Below, one piece after another: positions 47,471 through 56,490 of a stretch of 64,000 bases of DNA. How positions within the stretch are numbered: the first letter of the stretch is position 1; every line of letters starts with the position of its first letter. Below the pieces are notes generated by a model. That model was given only the letters and a program-made list of their open reading frames with translations. It did not search any database and had not been told where the DNA came from. The position numbers and the translations under genes were made by a program. Origin of the DNA: an uncultured Verrucomicrobiae bacterium (GTDB lineage Bacteria; Verrucomicrobiota; Verrucomicrobiia; Limisphaerales; Palsa-1400); the NCBI GenBank assembly GCA_963764165.1, contig CAVXRD010000002.1:2560001-2624000 (forward strand), read 5' to 3'.

Positions 47471-49360
47471 ATGAGCGATTGCAACATCACGCGAGTCCTG
47501 ATGCTCCTTGCATTGGGACTCGCCTTGGGCGCGCAGGGCGCCTCGCTGGAAATCGGCATCACGCCGAAGTTTTCGAGCGAGGTGATCCAACCGGCTTCGC
47601 TCCGTTACCGCACCTCGGCGGGCGAGGCGTTTTCGATCACCCGCGTCAGTTTCCTCGCCAGCGATTTTGCGCTTCAACGAATGGACGGGACGTGGTTGGA
47701 GATGACAAACTCGGCGGCCTGGTTCGATCTTGAGCGCAATCGAAATTCATTTCGCCTCGATGAGATTCCTGTGGGCGAATACGGATCGATTCGCTTTTGC
47801 ATCGGCCTTGAGACGAATCTCAATCACGCCGACGTTGCGCAATTCCCCGCAGGGCATACCCTCAATCCGGAGGTCAACGGACTCCACTGGAGCTGGCAGG
47901 GCGGTTACATTTTTCTCGCGCTTGAGGGTTTGTGGAGAAACGCGGGCGGCCAGTTTGACGGCTGGGCCTACCATCTGGCGCGCGATCCCAATTGCACGCG
48001 CATCACGCTCGCGGCGCCGTTGACAATTACGGACCGCTCTCGCGTCGATATCGACTTTGATATTGCCACACTTCTCAACGCGCCTCGTCCGCTTTCGTTC
48101 GCGCAGGACGGAACTTCGACACACTCACGCGACGGCGATCCGATTGCGGCGGCGCTCGACTCGAATTTGCCGGGCGCGTTTCGGATCCATGGCGTCAATA
48201 CGAATATCGAAACCGCCGCATCCCTTGCGCGTGTGGAGCCGTTGTATTTGCCAAAGAAATTCACTCCATACGCGTTCAACATGAATGCCACGTTTCCAAT
48301 CCCCGACCTGCCCCGCGACAATCCGCTCACGGTGGAACGCGTCGCGCTTGGCGAAATGCTCTTTCACGAAACGGCGCTCTCGCGCGATGGCACGTTGTCC
48401 TGCGCCTCGTGTCACAAAACATCCGAAGGCATGAGTGACGCGCGGCAATTCAGTGTCGGCGTTCGCGGTCAGGTAGGAGTCCGCCACGCCATGCCGTTGT
48501 TCAATCTGGCGTGGAAACGAACGTTCTTTTGGGATGGGCGTGCGCCTTCACTCCGCGCGCAATCGCTCATGCCCATTCAAGACCATTCCGAAATGGATGA
48601 ATCGCTGGCCAGCGTCGCGACCAAACTCGCAGCGGATTCAAATTATCGCGCGGCTTTCCAAACGGCCTTTGAGCCCGGCGACATCACGCCCGAAAAAATC
48701 AGCCTCGCGCTGGAGCAATTTCTACTGACCCGCATTTCTGGCGACTCGAAATTTGATCGAGCCATGCGCGGAGCAGAAACACTCACGGACGAAGAGAAGC
48801 GCGGTTTCCAATTATTCTCAACCGAATATGATCCGCGCCGCGGACAATTTGGAGCCGATTGTTTTCACTGCCACGGCGGCATGCTTTTCAAGAGCCAGGA
48901 ATTCGGAAATAACGGGCTCGATTCGGATGTCAAAGACAGCGCGAACCAATCGCCGGTAGGGACGCCTCGCCGAGGCGTCCGGGGTGAGGCGATTTCCACG
49001 CGCAACCTAGGACGCCTCGGTGAGGCGTCCCTACCTTTAAGCCCCAAAGACATCGGACGCGCCAAGGTAACTGGCAAGGATTCGGACGCTGGCAAATTCG
49101 CCGTTCCTTCGTTGCGAAATGTGGAATTGCGAGCGCCTTACATGCATGACGGACGTTTCAAAACATTGGAGGAAGCCGTGGCGCATTACAGCACTGGAGT
49201 CAGACGGAGCGCCACGCTTGATCCCAATTTGGCAAAGCATCCTGATGGCGGGCTTCATCTGAGCGATTCGGATCAAAGGGCGTTGGTTGCTTTTCTAAAA
49301 ACGCTGACCGACGATTCACGGCGCACGAACGCTGACAGAGTCGTCGCGAGCACCCTCTGA
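47471..49360 (+). CDS. MbnP-like (WxW) domain fused to MbnH/MauG-like di-heme cytochrome c peroxidase
   Basis: N-terminal LHWSWQGGYIFLALEG. C-terminal DNPLT, CASCH, FWDGRA, CFHCH, PSLRNV, PYMHDG. Confidence 0.85.
   Translation: MSDCNITRVLMLLALGLALGAQGASLEIGITPKFSSEVIQPASLRYRTSAGEAFSITRVSFLASDFALQRMDGTWLEMTNSAAWFDLERNRNSFRLDEIPVGEYGSIRFCIGLETNLNHADVAQFPAGHTLNPEVNGLHWSWQGGYIFLALEGLWRNAGGQFDGWAYHLARDPNCTRITLAAPLTITDRSRVDIDFDIATLLNAPRPLSFAQDGTSTHSRDGDPIAAALDSNLPGAFRIHGVNTNIETAASLARVEPLYLPKKFTPYAFNMNATFPIPDLPRDNPLTVERVALGEMLFHETALSRDGTLSCASCHKTSEGMSDARQFSVGVRGQVGVRHAMPLFNLAWKRTFFWDGRAPSLRAQSLMPIQDHSEMDESLASVATKLAADSNYRAAFQTAFEPGDITPEKISLALEQFLLTRISGDSKFDRAMRGAETLTDEEKRGFQLFSTEYDPRRGQFGADCFHCHGGMLFKSQEFGNNGLDSDVKDSANQSPVGTPRRGVRGEAISTRNLGRLGEASLPLSPKDIGRAKVTGKDSDAGKFAVPSLRNVELRAPYMHDGRFKTLEEAVAHYSTGVRRSATLDPNLAKHPDGGLHLSDSDQRALVAFLKTLTDDSRRTNADRVVASTL
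48955..49035. repeat. Family B REP doublet inserted in-frame inside a CDS
   Basis: 81 bp; hairpins and spacer match 11255-11355 in reverse orientation. Confidence 0.9.
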
Positions 49361-50587
49361 AGTTTCCGGCGCCGTAATGGCAAACACTTTTCCGTCCAGC
49401 GTCAGCGCGTAAACTTCGCCGTCAAGATCCTCCGCAAAGCTGGTGATGTTTTTCGGCTGCTCCAGCAGCGTGTCCATGGCGGTGACTTTGCCGTGCTCGT
49501 AACGGAATCCCCAAATGGTGCCGAGCGCGTAATCCGCATAGAGGTAAACGCCGCGCAGTTTCGGATATTTCGCGCCGCGATATACATAACCGCCAATGAC
49601 ACACGCGCCGATGCTGTGCTTGGGAAAAAGCGCTTGCGACATGAAATTTGTCTTATGCGGATATTCCATCACTGGGTCGATGAAGCGAGCCCCATCCGGC
49701 CCGGGCTTGAAATGGTGCGCGCCTTCCCGAATGCCCCAGCCGTAATTGCCGCCTTTGACAATTAAATCAACCTCCTCCCAGGTATCCTGCCCGACGTCAC
49801 CGGCCCACATCTCGCCCGTCTCACGATCCCAACTGAAGCGCCACGGGTTGCGCAGTCCGTAAGCCCAGATTTCCTTGCGGATGCCGTTCTCGTAAAAATC
49901 CGGCTCGCCGGTGAATGGGTTGTCCGAAGGAATTCCGTAAGGCAGCGTCTGCGCTTTGCCCAGCACTTGAATTTTCTGGCGCGAATTGACGTCAATGCGA
50001 AGGATCTTCCCGCGAATCGTGGAAGTATTTTGCGCCGCGCCGAATTCGTCGTTTTGCCCGCCTCCATCCCCAACGCTGACGTAGAGAAAACCATCGCGGC
50101 CAAACGCCACCAGTCCCGATTTATGAACGTCGGAAGGCTGGGGAATTTGGAGCAGCGTCCGCATCGAGTTCGTGTCCGCGCGATCCTGGCCGGGTGGGAC
50201 TTTCCATTCCGTCAATTCCGTGCGGCGCGGATTCTCCCGGCTGTAAAAAATATAAAACAACCCGTTCGTCTTGAAACCCGGATGAAAAGCGAGGCTGAGA
50301 AGCCCCTGCTCCGTTGAAGTATGCGGCTGCCACGCTTCGATATTGAGCAGCTCCTTGGCGCCCGAGCCGTCCTCGCCCTTTTTGACGGTCACAATTCTGC
50401 CATCCTGCTCAACAAGCGCGAAGCGATCCGAGCCATCCGGCGCGGGCGTCATCCAGACGAGATTCTCTGACTTGAACTTCGGAAAAACGGGCTGGAGTTT
50501 GACTTTGGGCAGCGGCTCATCCGCCGCCCACGCTGTCAAGCAAAATGAAGATATCCATGCCACCAGGCCAATGACTTTCCGATGCAT
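49316..50587 (-). CDS. PQQ-dependent sugar (glucose/sorbosone) dehydrogenase family
   Basis: Motifs EQGLLSLAFHP, GDGG, GKILRIDV, AYGLRNPWRFSWD, GGNYGW; signal peptide. Confidence 0.9.
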   Translation of the reverse strand: MHRKVIGLVAWISSFCLTAWAADEPLPKVKLQPVFPKFKSENLVWMTPAPDGSDRFALVEQDGRIVTVKKGEDGSGAKELLNIEAWQPHTSTEQGLLSLAFHPGFKTNGLFYIFYSRENPRRTELTEWKVPPGQDRADTNSMRTLLQIPQPSDVHKSGLVAFGRDGFLYVSVGDGGGQNDEFGAAQNTSTIRGKILRIDVNSRQKIQVLGKAQTLPYGIPSDNPFTGEPDFYENGIRKEIWAYGLRNPWRFSWDRETGEMWAGDVGQDTWEEVDLIVKGGNYGWGIREGAHHFKPGPDGARFIDPVMEYPHKTNFMSQALFPKHSIGACVIGGYVYRGAKYPKLRGVYLYADYALGTIWGFRYEHGKVTAMDTLLEQPKNITSFAEDLDGEVYALTLDGKVFAITAPETSEGARDDSVSVRAP

Positions 50588-50627
50588 GGCCCCACCGTAG
50601 CTGATGAGTTGCGGATTTCAATGGGGT

Positions 50628-51233
50628 CTATTTCGCCCCTTGGTCAATCCACGCCCGAAGAATGCCCACTTGATCGGCTGTCAACGGTTTCGGGCGATTG
50701 CGCCCACCGGGACCGCCGGGACCACCGGGGCCAGGGCCGGGACCGCCTTCAGGAGGTGGGCCACCAGGGCCAGGGCCGCCAGCGGGAGGAGGGCCGCCAG
50801 CGCCACCCGCTTGATCGGGAGCGGGGCCGCCAGGAGGAGGTCCGCCGGGGCGTCCGCCGCGAGGACCGCGACCTTTTGGAGGCATCGCGATGGAGTCACT
50901 TACCTGGGCGCACGCCGCTACGATCAGGCTGTTCTTGCTGTCGCCAGGGATGACCATTTTGCCTTCCTTTCCACCCTTAAGGACGGCGTCAAGCGAATCG
51001 ACTCGAAAATCGTGTTTCGGACGTTCCTCGCCGTGGCAATTCGCACACGACCCCTTGAGCATTGGCTGAATGTCCTTTTCGAAAGTCAGCCCTGCAGTGG
51101 TCGCGGCCGGCGGAAGTTTGCTGGTATCAATTTTCGTGATATCCCATTTATTGGGCGGCTTTTGATCCTGCGCGACAGCAGGCATGCCAGCCAGAAGCAA
51201 TCCGAACGCGGTCAATGCGAGAGTGTTTTTCAT
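50628..51233 (-). CDS. Planctomycete-type cytochrome c domain protein with Gly/Pro-rich loop
   Basis: Signal peptide; FEKDIQP..CANCHG, MPP, WIDQGA. Confidence 0.85.
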   Translation of the reverse strand: MKNTLALTAFGLLLAGMPAVAQDQKPPNKWDITKIDTSKLPPAATTAGLTFEKDIQPMLKGSCANCHGEERPKHDFRVDSLDAVLKGGKEGKMVIPGDSKNSLIVAACAQVSDSIAMPPKGRGPRGGRPGGPPPGGPAPDQAGGAGGPPPAGGPGPGGPPPEGGPGPGPGGPGGPGGRNRPKPLTADQVGILRAWIDQGAK

Positions 51234-51299
51234 AGTTAAAAAATCTTCGGCACTATTGCACAGCTTGAGTCCAAGTCAAGCGCAAGGGGAATCCGGCGC

Positions 51300-51488
51300 C
51301 TGACCGGGCTGTGATTGAAAATGGGTGAGGCGTGTGATTTCGCTTTGAGCGCGGCTGTGTCGAAGACCAGCCGCAGCAACGTGGAATTGACCGGCGCGCC
51401 CGGCGCTGCGACGCGCTGCGGCTGGTCTCCGACACAGCCGCGCTTGTCGGCCTGCGTCCATCACCCATTTTCAATCACACCTGGTCAG
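51300..51488. mobile_element. Composite element: ~28-bp TIR enclosing a family C REP doublet
   Basis: CTGACCGGGCTGTGATTGAAAATGGGTGA ... TCACCCATTTTCAATCACACCTGGTCAG; inverted copy at 61523-61772. Confidence 0.75.
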
Positions 51489-51527
51489 GGCAGACGCATC
51501 TGAATTCCGAGGTAGGGACGCCTCGGC

Positions 51528-51667
51528 GAGACTGTCTCAAAACTCAAAAATGGCTTTAAAAAGCACCACAAAAACACCCTCGCCGAAAATAAAAATGCGC
51601 CATATCGCAAATGAGAGAGTCGTAGTATTGACACACTTTGAGGATTTTGTAGTTTTGAGACAATCTC
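51528..51667. mobile_element. 140-bp MITE inserted in a family B REP
   Basis: TIR GAGACTGTCTCAAAACT / AGTTTTGAGACAATCTC (16/17); CGGC duplicated on both sides. Confidence 0.85.
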
Positions 51668-51680
51668 CGGCGAGGCGTCC

Positions 51681-52718
51681 CTACCAGGATTTGCTTTCTC
51701 GCTCGTAGAACTTATGGAATCTTTTCGATTCGTAGACTTCAACGCGGTCGCCGGGTTTGCGGACAATGCGCGCGGCGGCAGAACGGTTCCTGTCAATAAA
51801 CGCCTTCGCTTCCTCCGGCTTCAACACGCTCATGATTTTGGTCAGGCCGTCGGCGGCAAAATCGTCGGACGCGATCACCGTCACCAGGCTATGATCTGTC
51901 AATCCGATCCCTGTGTGCGGATCGACGATATGCGAGTAGCGGACGCCGTTGATTTCGAGGCGCTGGAACAAATCGCCGGAGGTAGAAATGCCCGCGTGCT
52001 TCAGCATGACGAACCGCGCCGGAGGAGCGTTGGTCGCGTCGAGCGGCGGCAACTCAACCCGCCAGCCTTTTTTTCCGGGTGGCGGATCGCTGACGCCGAT
52101 GTCCCCGCCGCCTGAAACCAGCGCGCTCACCACACCTCGCTCCGCCAGCAATTTGATGGCTTCGTTGACCGCGTAACCCTTTGCGATTCCGCCCAAATCA
52201 AGACGCATGTTCGGGGCGATCAATTTTACACGATGTTGCTTTGGATCGAGCAGCATTTTCTCGCAGCCAACCGATCGCCGCGCCTTCTCGAGTCTCTCCG
52301 GCTCCGGCAATTTCCCCTGGCGCCGCGCATATCGCCAAAGATTGACGTAGGGCCCGACAGTCACGTCAAACGCGCCGTGGCTCGCGCGCGACAGTTCCTG
52401 CGCCCGCTCCAGCACCGTCCATAAATCCGGGCTGACGGGAACGAATTTATCGTGCCCCGATGTTTGCGAAAGCCGGCTCAGCTCGGAGTCGGAATCGTAG
52501 TCCGTCATGATGTCGTTAAGCTGCTTGATGCGGGCGAAGGCGGCTGCGGAGGCTGAGGCAGCTTCATTCGTCGAAGCCGCGTAAAGCACGATGCGAAACG
52601 GCACGCCCATTTCCGTTTCGTGAAATTCAAATCGCTCCACAGACGGTGGAGGCGACATGCAACCTGCGCCGAAAAACGCCGCCAAAATCGCGATGCAAAA
52701 ACTAAGCGCCCATTTCAT
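51681..52718 (-). CDS. apbE: FAD:protein FMN transferase lipoprotein
   Basis: Lipobox GAGC; motifs MGV, GAFDVTVGP, DLGGIAKGYAV, STSGD, YSHIVDP. Confidence 0.93.
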   Translation of the reverse strand: MKWALSFCIAILAAFFGAGCMSPPPSVERFEFHETEMGVPFRIVLYAASTNEAASASAAAFARIKQLNDIMTDYDSDSELSRLSQTSGHDKFVPVSPDLWTVLERAQELSRASHGAFDVTVGPYVNLWRYARRQGKLPEPERLEKARRSVGCEKMLLDPKQHRVKLIAPNMRLDLGGIAKGYAVNEAIKLLAERGVVSALVSGGGDIGVSDPPPGKKGWRVELPPLDATNAPPARFVMLKHAGISTSGDLFQRLEINGVRYSHIVDPHTGIGLTDHSLVTVIASDDFAADGLTKIMSVLKPEEAKAFIDRNRSAAARIVRKPGDRVEVYESKRFHKFYERESKSW

Positions 52719-52734
52719 GCTTCACTGAAAGGAA

Positions 52735-52873
52735 GCCACAGATTAACACAGATCAACACAGATTTTTTCGCAGAACCCAGATTGAATCGTCTGCCAAGGC
52801 GGCTGCCGTACGTCAATGGCACCCCGGTCAGTTCTTTCAGAAAATCTGTGTTTCATCTGTGTCCATCTGTGGC
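52735..52873. repeat. Palindrome of tandem CAGAT units, family D
   Basis: GCCACAGATTAACACAGATCAACACAGAT ... ATCTGTGTTTCATCTGTGTCCATCTGTGGC. Confidence 0.82.
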
Positions 52874-52939
52874 CGCCCTCTCTTTCTTCCTTTTCAGATT
52901 TTAAGGTGATCTTTGGCCCGAATAGTTTACACTGCAATT

Positions 52940-55618
52940 ATGGCAGAGGACAGTCGCCCAGACCCGGATGCCTTGCTGGCGGCGATTCAGAAAAGCGAGG
53001 CCGAAACCAACCGCGGGAAATTCAAAGTTTTCCTCGGCATGGCCGCAGGCGTGGGCAAGACCTACGCCATGCTCCGCGCCGCCCAGCGCGCCCAGCGCGA
53101 AGGCCTCGACGTGATGGTCGGATACGTCGAGACGCACGGTCGCAAAGAGACCGAGGCGCTGCTGGCGGGCTTGACGGTTTTGCCGCGCCGCAAGGTGGAA
53201 TATCGCGGCGTGACGCTGGAGGAAATGGATCTCGACGGGCTTCTCGCGCGGCGTCCCAGGCTGGCAGTCGTGGATGAATTGCCGCATACGAACGCCCCCG
53301 GCTCGCGCCACGCCAAACGTTACCAGGACATCCTCGAATTGCTCGACGCGGGCATTGACGTCTATACAACGATGAACGTGCAGCACGCCGAGAGCCGGGT
53401 GGACACCGTCCGCCAAATCACCGGCTCAACCGTGCAGGAGACGATTCCCGACAGCGTGCTGGATGGCGCGGAAATGGAATTGATCGATCTCCCGCCCGAG
53501 GAACTTCTCAAGCGCCTCGACGAAGGCAAAGTTTACATGCCGGAACGGGCCGAACTGGCGATGATGAATTTTTTTCGCGAAGGCAATCTCAACGCGCTCC
53601 GCGAAATGGCGCTCCGACTGGCCGCCGATCATGTTGGGCAGGATGTGCATGATTATTTGCAAGCGATGCAAATTTCCGGCCCGTGGCGCTCCGGGCATCG
53701 CTTGCTGGTCGCCGTAAGCCCGAGTCCCTACTCGCCGCACATGATTCGATGGACCCGCAGGCTCGCGGATAATCTCGATTGCCCGTGGCTGGCTGTTTAC
53801 GTCGAGCAGCCGCGTCCGTTTTCCGAGGCGGACCAGGATCGCCTGAACAAACATCTGGCGCTGGCCCGGGAACTTGGAGCGGAAGTCATCACGACGGCGG
53901 ACACAGGAATTGGCCGGGGCATTTTGCGCGTGGCGCGCCAGCAAAACGTCACCCAAATCGTCGTCGGCAAGCCGGGCGGTTCCGGCTTCATGGATTGGCT
54001 GCGGAGCGGGCGATTGCTTCGGCAGCTTGTGCGGGACAGCGGGAATATTGAATTGCACGTCGTCCGGCCGGAGATGGACGAAAAATTCGCGAGGCCCAAA
54101 CATGCGCTGTTTGCATTTGAATCGCCGCTCGCGCAGTACGGCGCGGGCCTTGCGGTGGTGGCGCTTTGCACCGCCATAAACGCGCTCATTTTTCCGAAAG
54201 TCGGCGAGCACGCCCCGGCTCTGATTTACTTGCTGGGCGTCGTGCTGCTGGCGTTCGGCGTCGGGCCTGGCCCCACGTTTGCGACCGCCACCGCCAGCGC
54301 GCTGATGTGGGATTATTTTTTCCTGCCGCCGCGCTTCACTTTCTACTTGACTAAGCTGGAGGACATTTTGATGTTCGCCATGTATTTCGTCGTTGCGCTG
54401 GTGCTGGGGCAATTCGCCTCGCGCCTGCGCTGGCAGGAGCGCTCCGAGCGGCGGCGCGAGGAGCGCTCCACCGCGCTGTATCTTTTGACGCGCGATCTGG
54501 CCGATGCGGTGGACATCAATGATGTTGTGCAAAGACTCGTGCGGCAGGTGGCGGCTGCGTTCAAGGCGAAAGCCGCCATTCTCCTGCGCGAAACGGACGG
54601 AACTCTCGCCCGCGCGGCGCATCCGGCCAGCGCGTTCGGCGTTTCCGAAAAGGAACAAAGCGTCGCCGCGTGGGCTTTTCGCTTCGGCAAAACGGCTGGG
54701 CGGTTCACTGACAATCTTCCTCTTGCCTCGGCGATTTACCTGCCGCTGCAAACCAATCGAGGCCCCGCGGGCGTGCTCGCGGTGGCGCTGGATGGCGAGC
54801 GCCCACCCACACTTGAGCAGCGGGATTTGCTGGACGCCTACGCGCGGCAGGCGGCGCTGGTGCTGGACCGGCTCCGGCTGGATGCCGAGTCGCAGCAGGC
54901 GCAATTGCTGACGGAGTCGGAAAAATTGAGCAAGGCGCTGCTGAATTCCATTTCGCACGAATTGCGCACGCCCATCGCCGCGATCACCACCGCGGCCAGC
55001 GCGCTGGTGGAAACGAACACGCCCGCCAATATTCGCAGCGCCATGGCGCTCGAAATTCAGGAAAGCGCGGCGCGGCTGAACCGGCTGGTCAGCAATCTGC
55101 TTGACATGACGCGCCTGGAATCCGGCAAGGTGAAGCCGCACATGGATTGGTGTGACGCGTCGGACCTTATCAACGTCGCGCTGCGCCAAAATGAACGCGA
55201 ACTGTCGCGCCATGAAGTCAAACTGCTGCTGGCTCAGCCGCTGCCGCTGGTGAAAATGGATTTTGTGCTGATGGAACAGGCGCTGAACAACTTGCTTTTG
55301 AACGCCGCGCATTACACGCCGGACGGAACGGCCGTCGAAATCAAGGCTTCCGCCACGGCGGACGAAATGACCATTTCCGTCGGTGACCGAGGGCCTGGAC
55401 TTCCCCCGGAGAGCTTGCCGCATGTGTTTGAAAAATTTTATCGCGTGCCCGGCGCGCCGGCCGGCGGAACCGGCCTCGGCCTTTCCATTGTCAAAGGCCT
55501 GGTGGAAGCGCAAGGCGGCAGGGTCGAGGTCCGCAACCGCCCGGGCGGCGGCGCTGAATTTAGCATTTATCTGGCTGTGGAACCACATCCGCAACCAGTC
55601 CTGGAGCAAGCCTTATGA
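52940..55618 (+). CDS. kdpD: Sensor histidine kinase KdpD
   Basis: RPDPDALL, GMAAGVGKTYAML, VDELPHTN, Usp domain, 4 TM, GAF, ISHELRTP. Confidence 0.95.
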   Translation: MAEDSRPDPDALLAAIQKSEAETNRGKFKVFLGMAAGVGKTYAMLRAAQRAQREGLDVMVGYVETHGRKETEALLAGLTVLPRRKVEYRGVTLEEMDLDGLLARRPRLAVVDELPHTNAPGSRHAKRYQDILELLDAGIDVYTTMNVQHAESRVDTVRQITGSTVQETIPDSVLDGAEMELIDLPPEELLKRLDEGKVYMPERAELAMMNFFREGNLNALREMALRLAADHVGQDVHDYLQAMQISGPWRSGHRLLVAVSPSPYSPHMIRWTRRLADNLDCPWLAVYVEQPRPFSEADQDRLNKHLALARELGAEVITTADTGIGRGILRVARQQNVTQIVVGKPGGSGFMDWLRSGRLLRQLVRDSGNIELHVVRPEMDEKFARPKHALFAFESPLAQYGAGLAVVALCTAINALIFPKVGEHAPALIYLLGVVLLAFGVGPGPTFATATASALMWDYFFLPPRFTFYLTKLEDILMFAMYFVVALVLGQFASRLRWQERSERRREERSTALYLLTRDLADAVDINDVVQRLVRQVAAAFKAKAAILLRETDGTLARAAHPASAFGVSEKEQSVAAWAFRFGKTAGRFTDNLPLASAIYLPLQTNRGPAGVLAVALDGERPPTLEQRDLLDAYARQAALVLDRLRLDAESQQAQLLTESEKLSKALLNSISHELRTPIAAITTAASALVETNTPANIRSAMALEIQESAARLNRLVSNLLDMTRLESGKVKPHMDWCDASDLINVALRQNERELSRHEVKLLLAQPLPLVKMDFVLMEQALNNLLLNAAHYTPDGTAVEIKASATADEMTISVGDRGPGLPPESLPHVFEKFYRVPGAPAGGTGLGLSIVKGLVEAQGGRVEVRNRPGGGAEFSIYLAVEPHPQPVLEQAL

Positions 55619-56319
55619 CGGAAAGCGCCGCCCCCCATCAACCGGTCGTCCTGGTCATTGACGACGAAATTCAAATGCGGCGCCTGCTGCGCGTGACGCT
55701 TGAAGGCAATGGCTATCGCATGTTTGAAGCAGCCACCGGCCAGGCGGGTTTGATCGAAGCGGCCCAGCGCCGTCCGGAAATTGTCGTGCTCGACCTGGGT
55801 CTGCCGGATATGGATGGCCTGGAAGTTTTGAAGCGCTTGCGCGAATGGACAGAAGCGCCGGTGATCGTTCTATCTGTGCGCGAAGGCGAAGAGGATAAAG
55901 TCGGCGCGCTGGACCGCGGAGCGGATGATTACATGAACAAGCCGTTCAGCACAGCCGAGCTGCTGGCGCGGCTTCGCGCGGCCCGGCGGCGCGCGCAACC
56001 GGTGGCCGACACCGCGGTTTTTCAATCGGGCCCGCTCGAAGTCGATTTGTCCAGCCGCCAGGTGCGCCGCAAAGGCGAGGAAATCAAATTGACACCCACT
56101 GAATATTCCCTCCTTCGCCTGCTGGTGCGAAACGCCGGGAAAGTCGTCACACACCGGCAAATCCTCAAGGAAGTGTGGGGCCCGACCTACGGCGAGCAAA
56201 CCCATTATCTGCGAGTTTACGTCGCGCACCTTCGCGAGAAACTGGAGGAAGACGCCAGCCGGCCGGAACTTTTGTTGACTGAGCCGGGGATAGGCTACCG
56301 GCTGAAGGCGGAAGCGTGA
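55615..56319 (+). CDS. kdpE: Response regulator KdpE
   Basis: LDLGLPDMDG, VVTHRQILKEVWG, HYLRVY, TEPGIGY; ATGA overlap with kdpD. Confidence 0.93.
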   Translation: MTESAAPHQPVVLVIDDEIQMRRLLRVTLEGNGYRMFEAATGQAGLIEAAQRRPEIVVLDLGLPDMDGLEVLKRLREWTEAPVIVLSVREGEEDKVGALDRGADDYMNKPFSTAELLARLRAARRRAQPVADTAVFQSGPLEVDLSSRQVRRKGEEIKLTPTEYSLLRLLVRNAGKVVTHRQILKEVWGPTYGEQTHYLRVYVAHLREKLEEDASRPELLLTEPGIGYRLKAEA

Positions 56320-56336
56320 GATTTCCTGGAGCATAA

Positions 56337-56473
56337 TGGGAAGCGCGGCCGTCTCGACCGCCGCCTTCGGCGTCCCGCCGAAGGCATCTTGCGCTCAGGC
56401 AGCCCCACCAAATAACGGACTGACTTATTCCGCCACATCCAGTCGGCGAGCAACCGGGACGCTCACGCTCCCT
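56337..56473. repeat. Degenerate REP-like palindrome
   Basis: GGGAAGCGCGGCCGTC...CCTTCGGCGTCCCGCCGAAGG...GACGCTCACGCTCCC; architecture similar to the 7036-7177 repeat. Confidence 0.5.
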
Positions 56474-56490
56474 TTTATAACTGGCTGCGG

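Noticed and set aside
45631..49360. Methanobactin biosynthetic cluster
   Set aside because: No mbnA precursor, mbnBC or TonB receptor is visible; only MbnP/MbnH-like domains are present.
50685..50870. GC-rich tandem repeats
   Set aside because: Explained by Gly/Pro low-complexity coding within the cytochrome c gene.
53426..55609. 727-aa minus-strand ORF and many other long overlapping ORFs
   Set aside because: Antisense or alternate-frame shadows of well-supported genes (here kdpD), as expected in GC-rich DNA.
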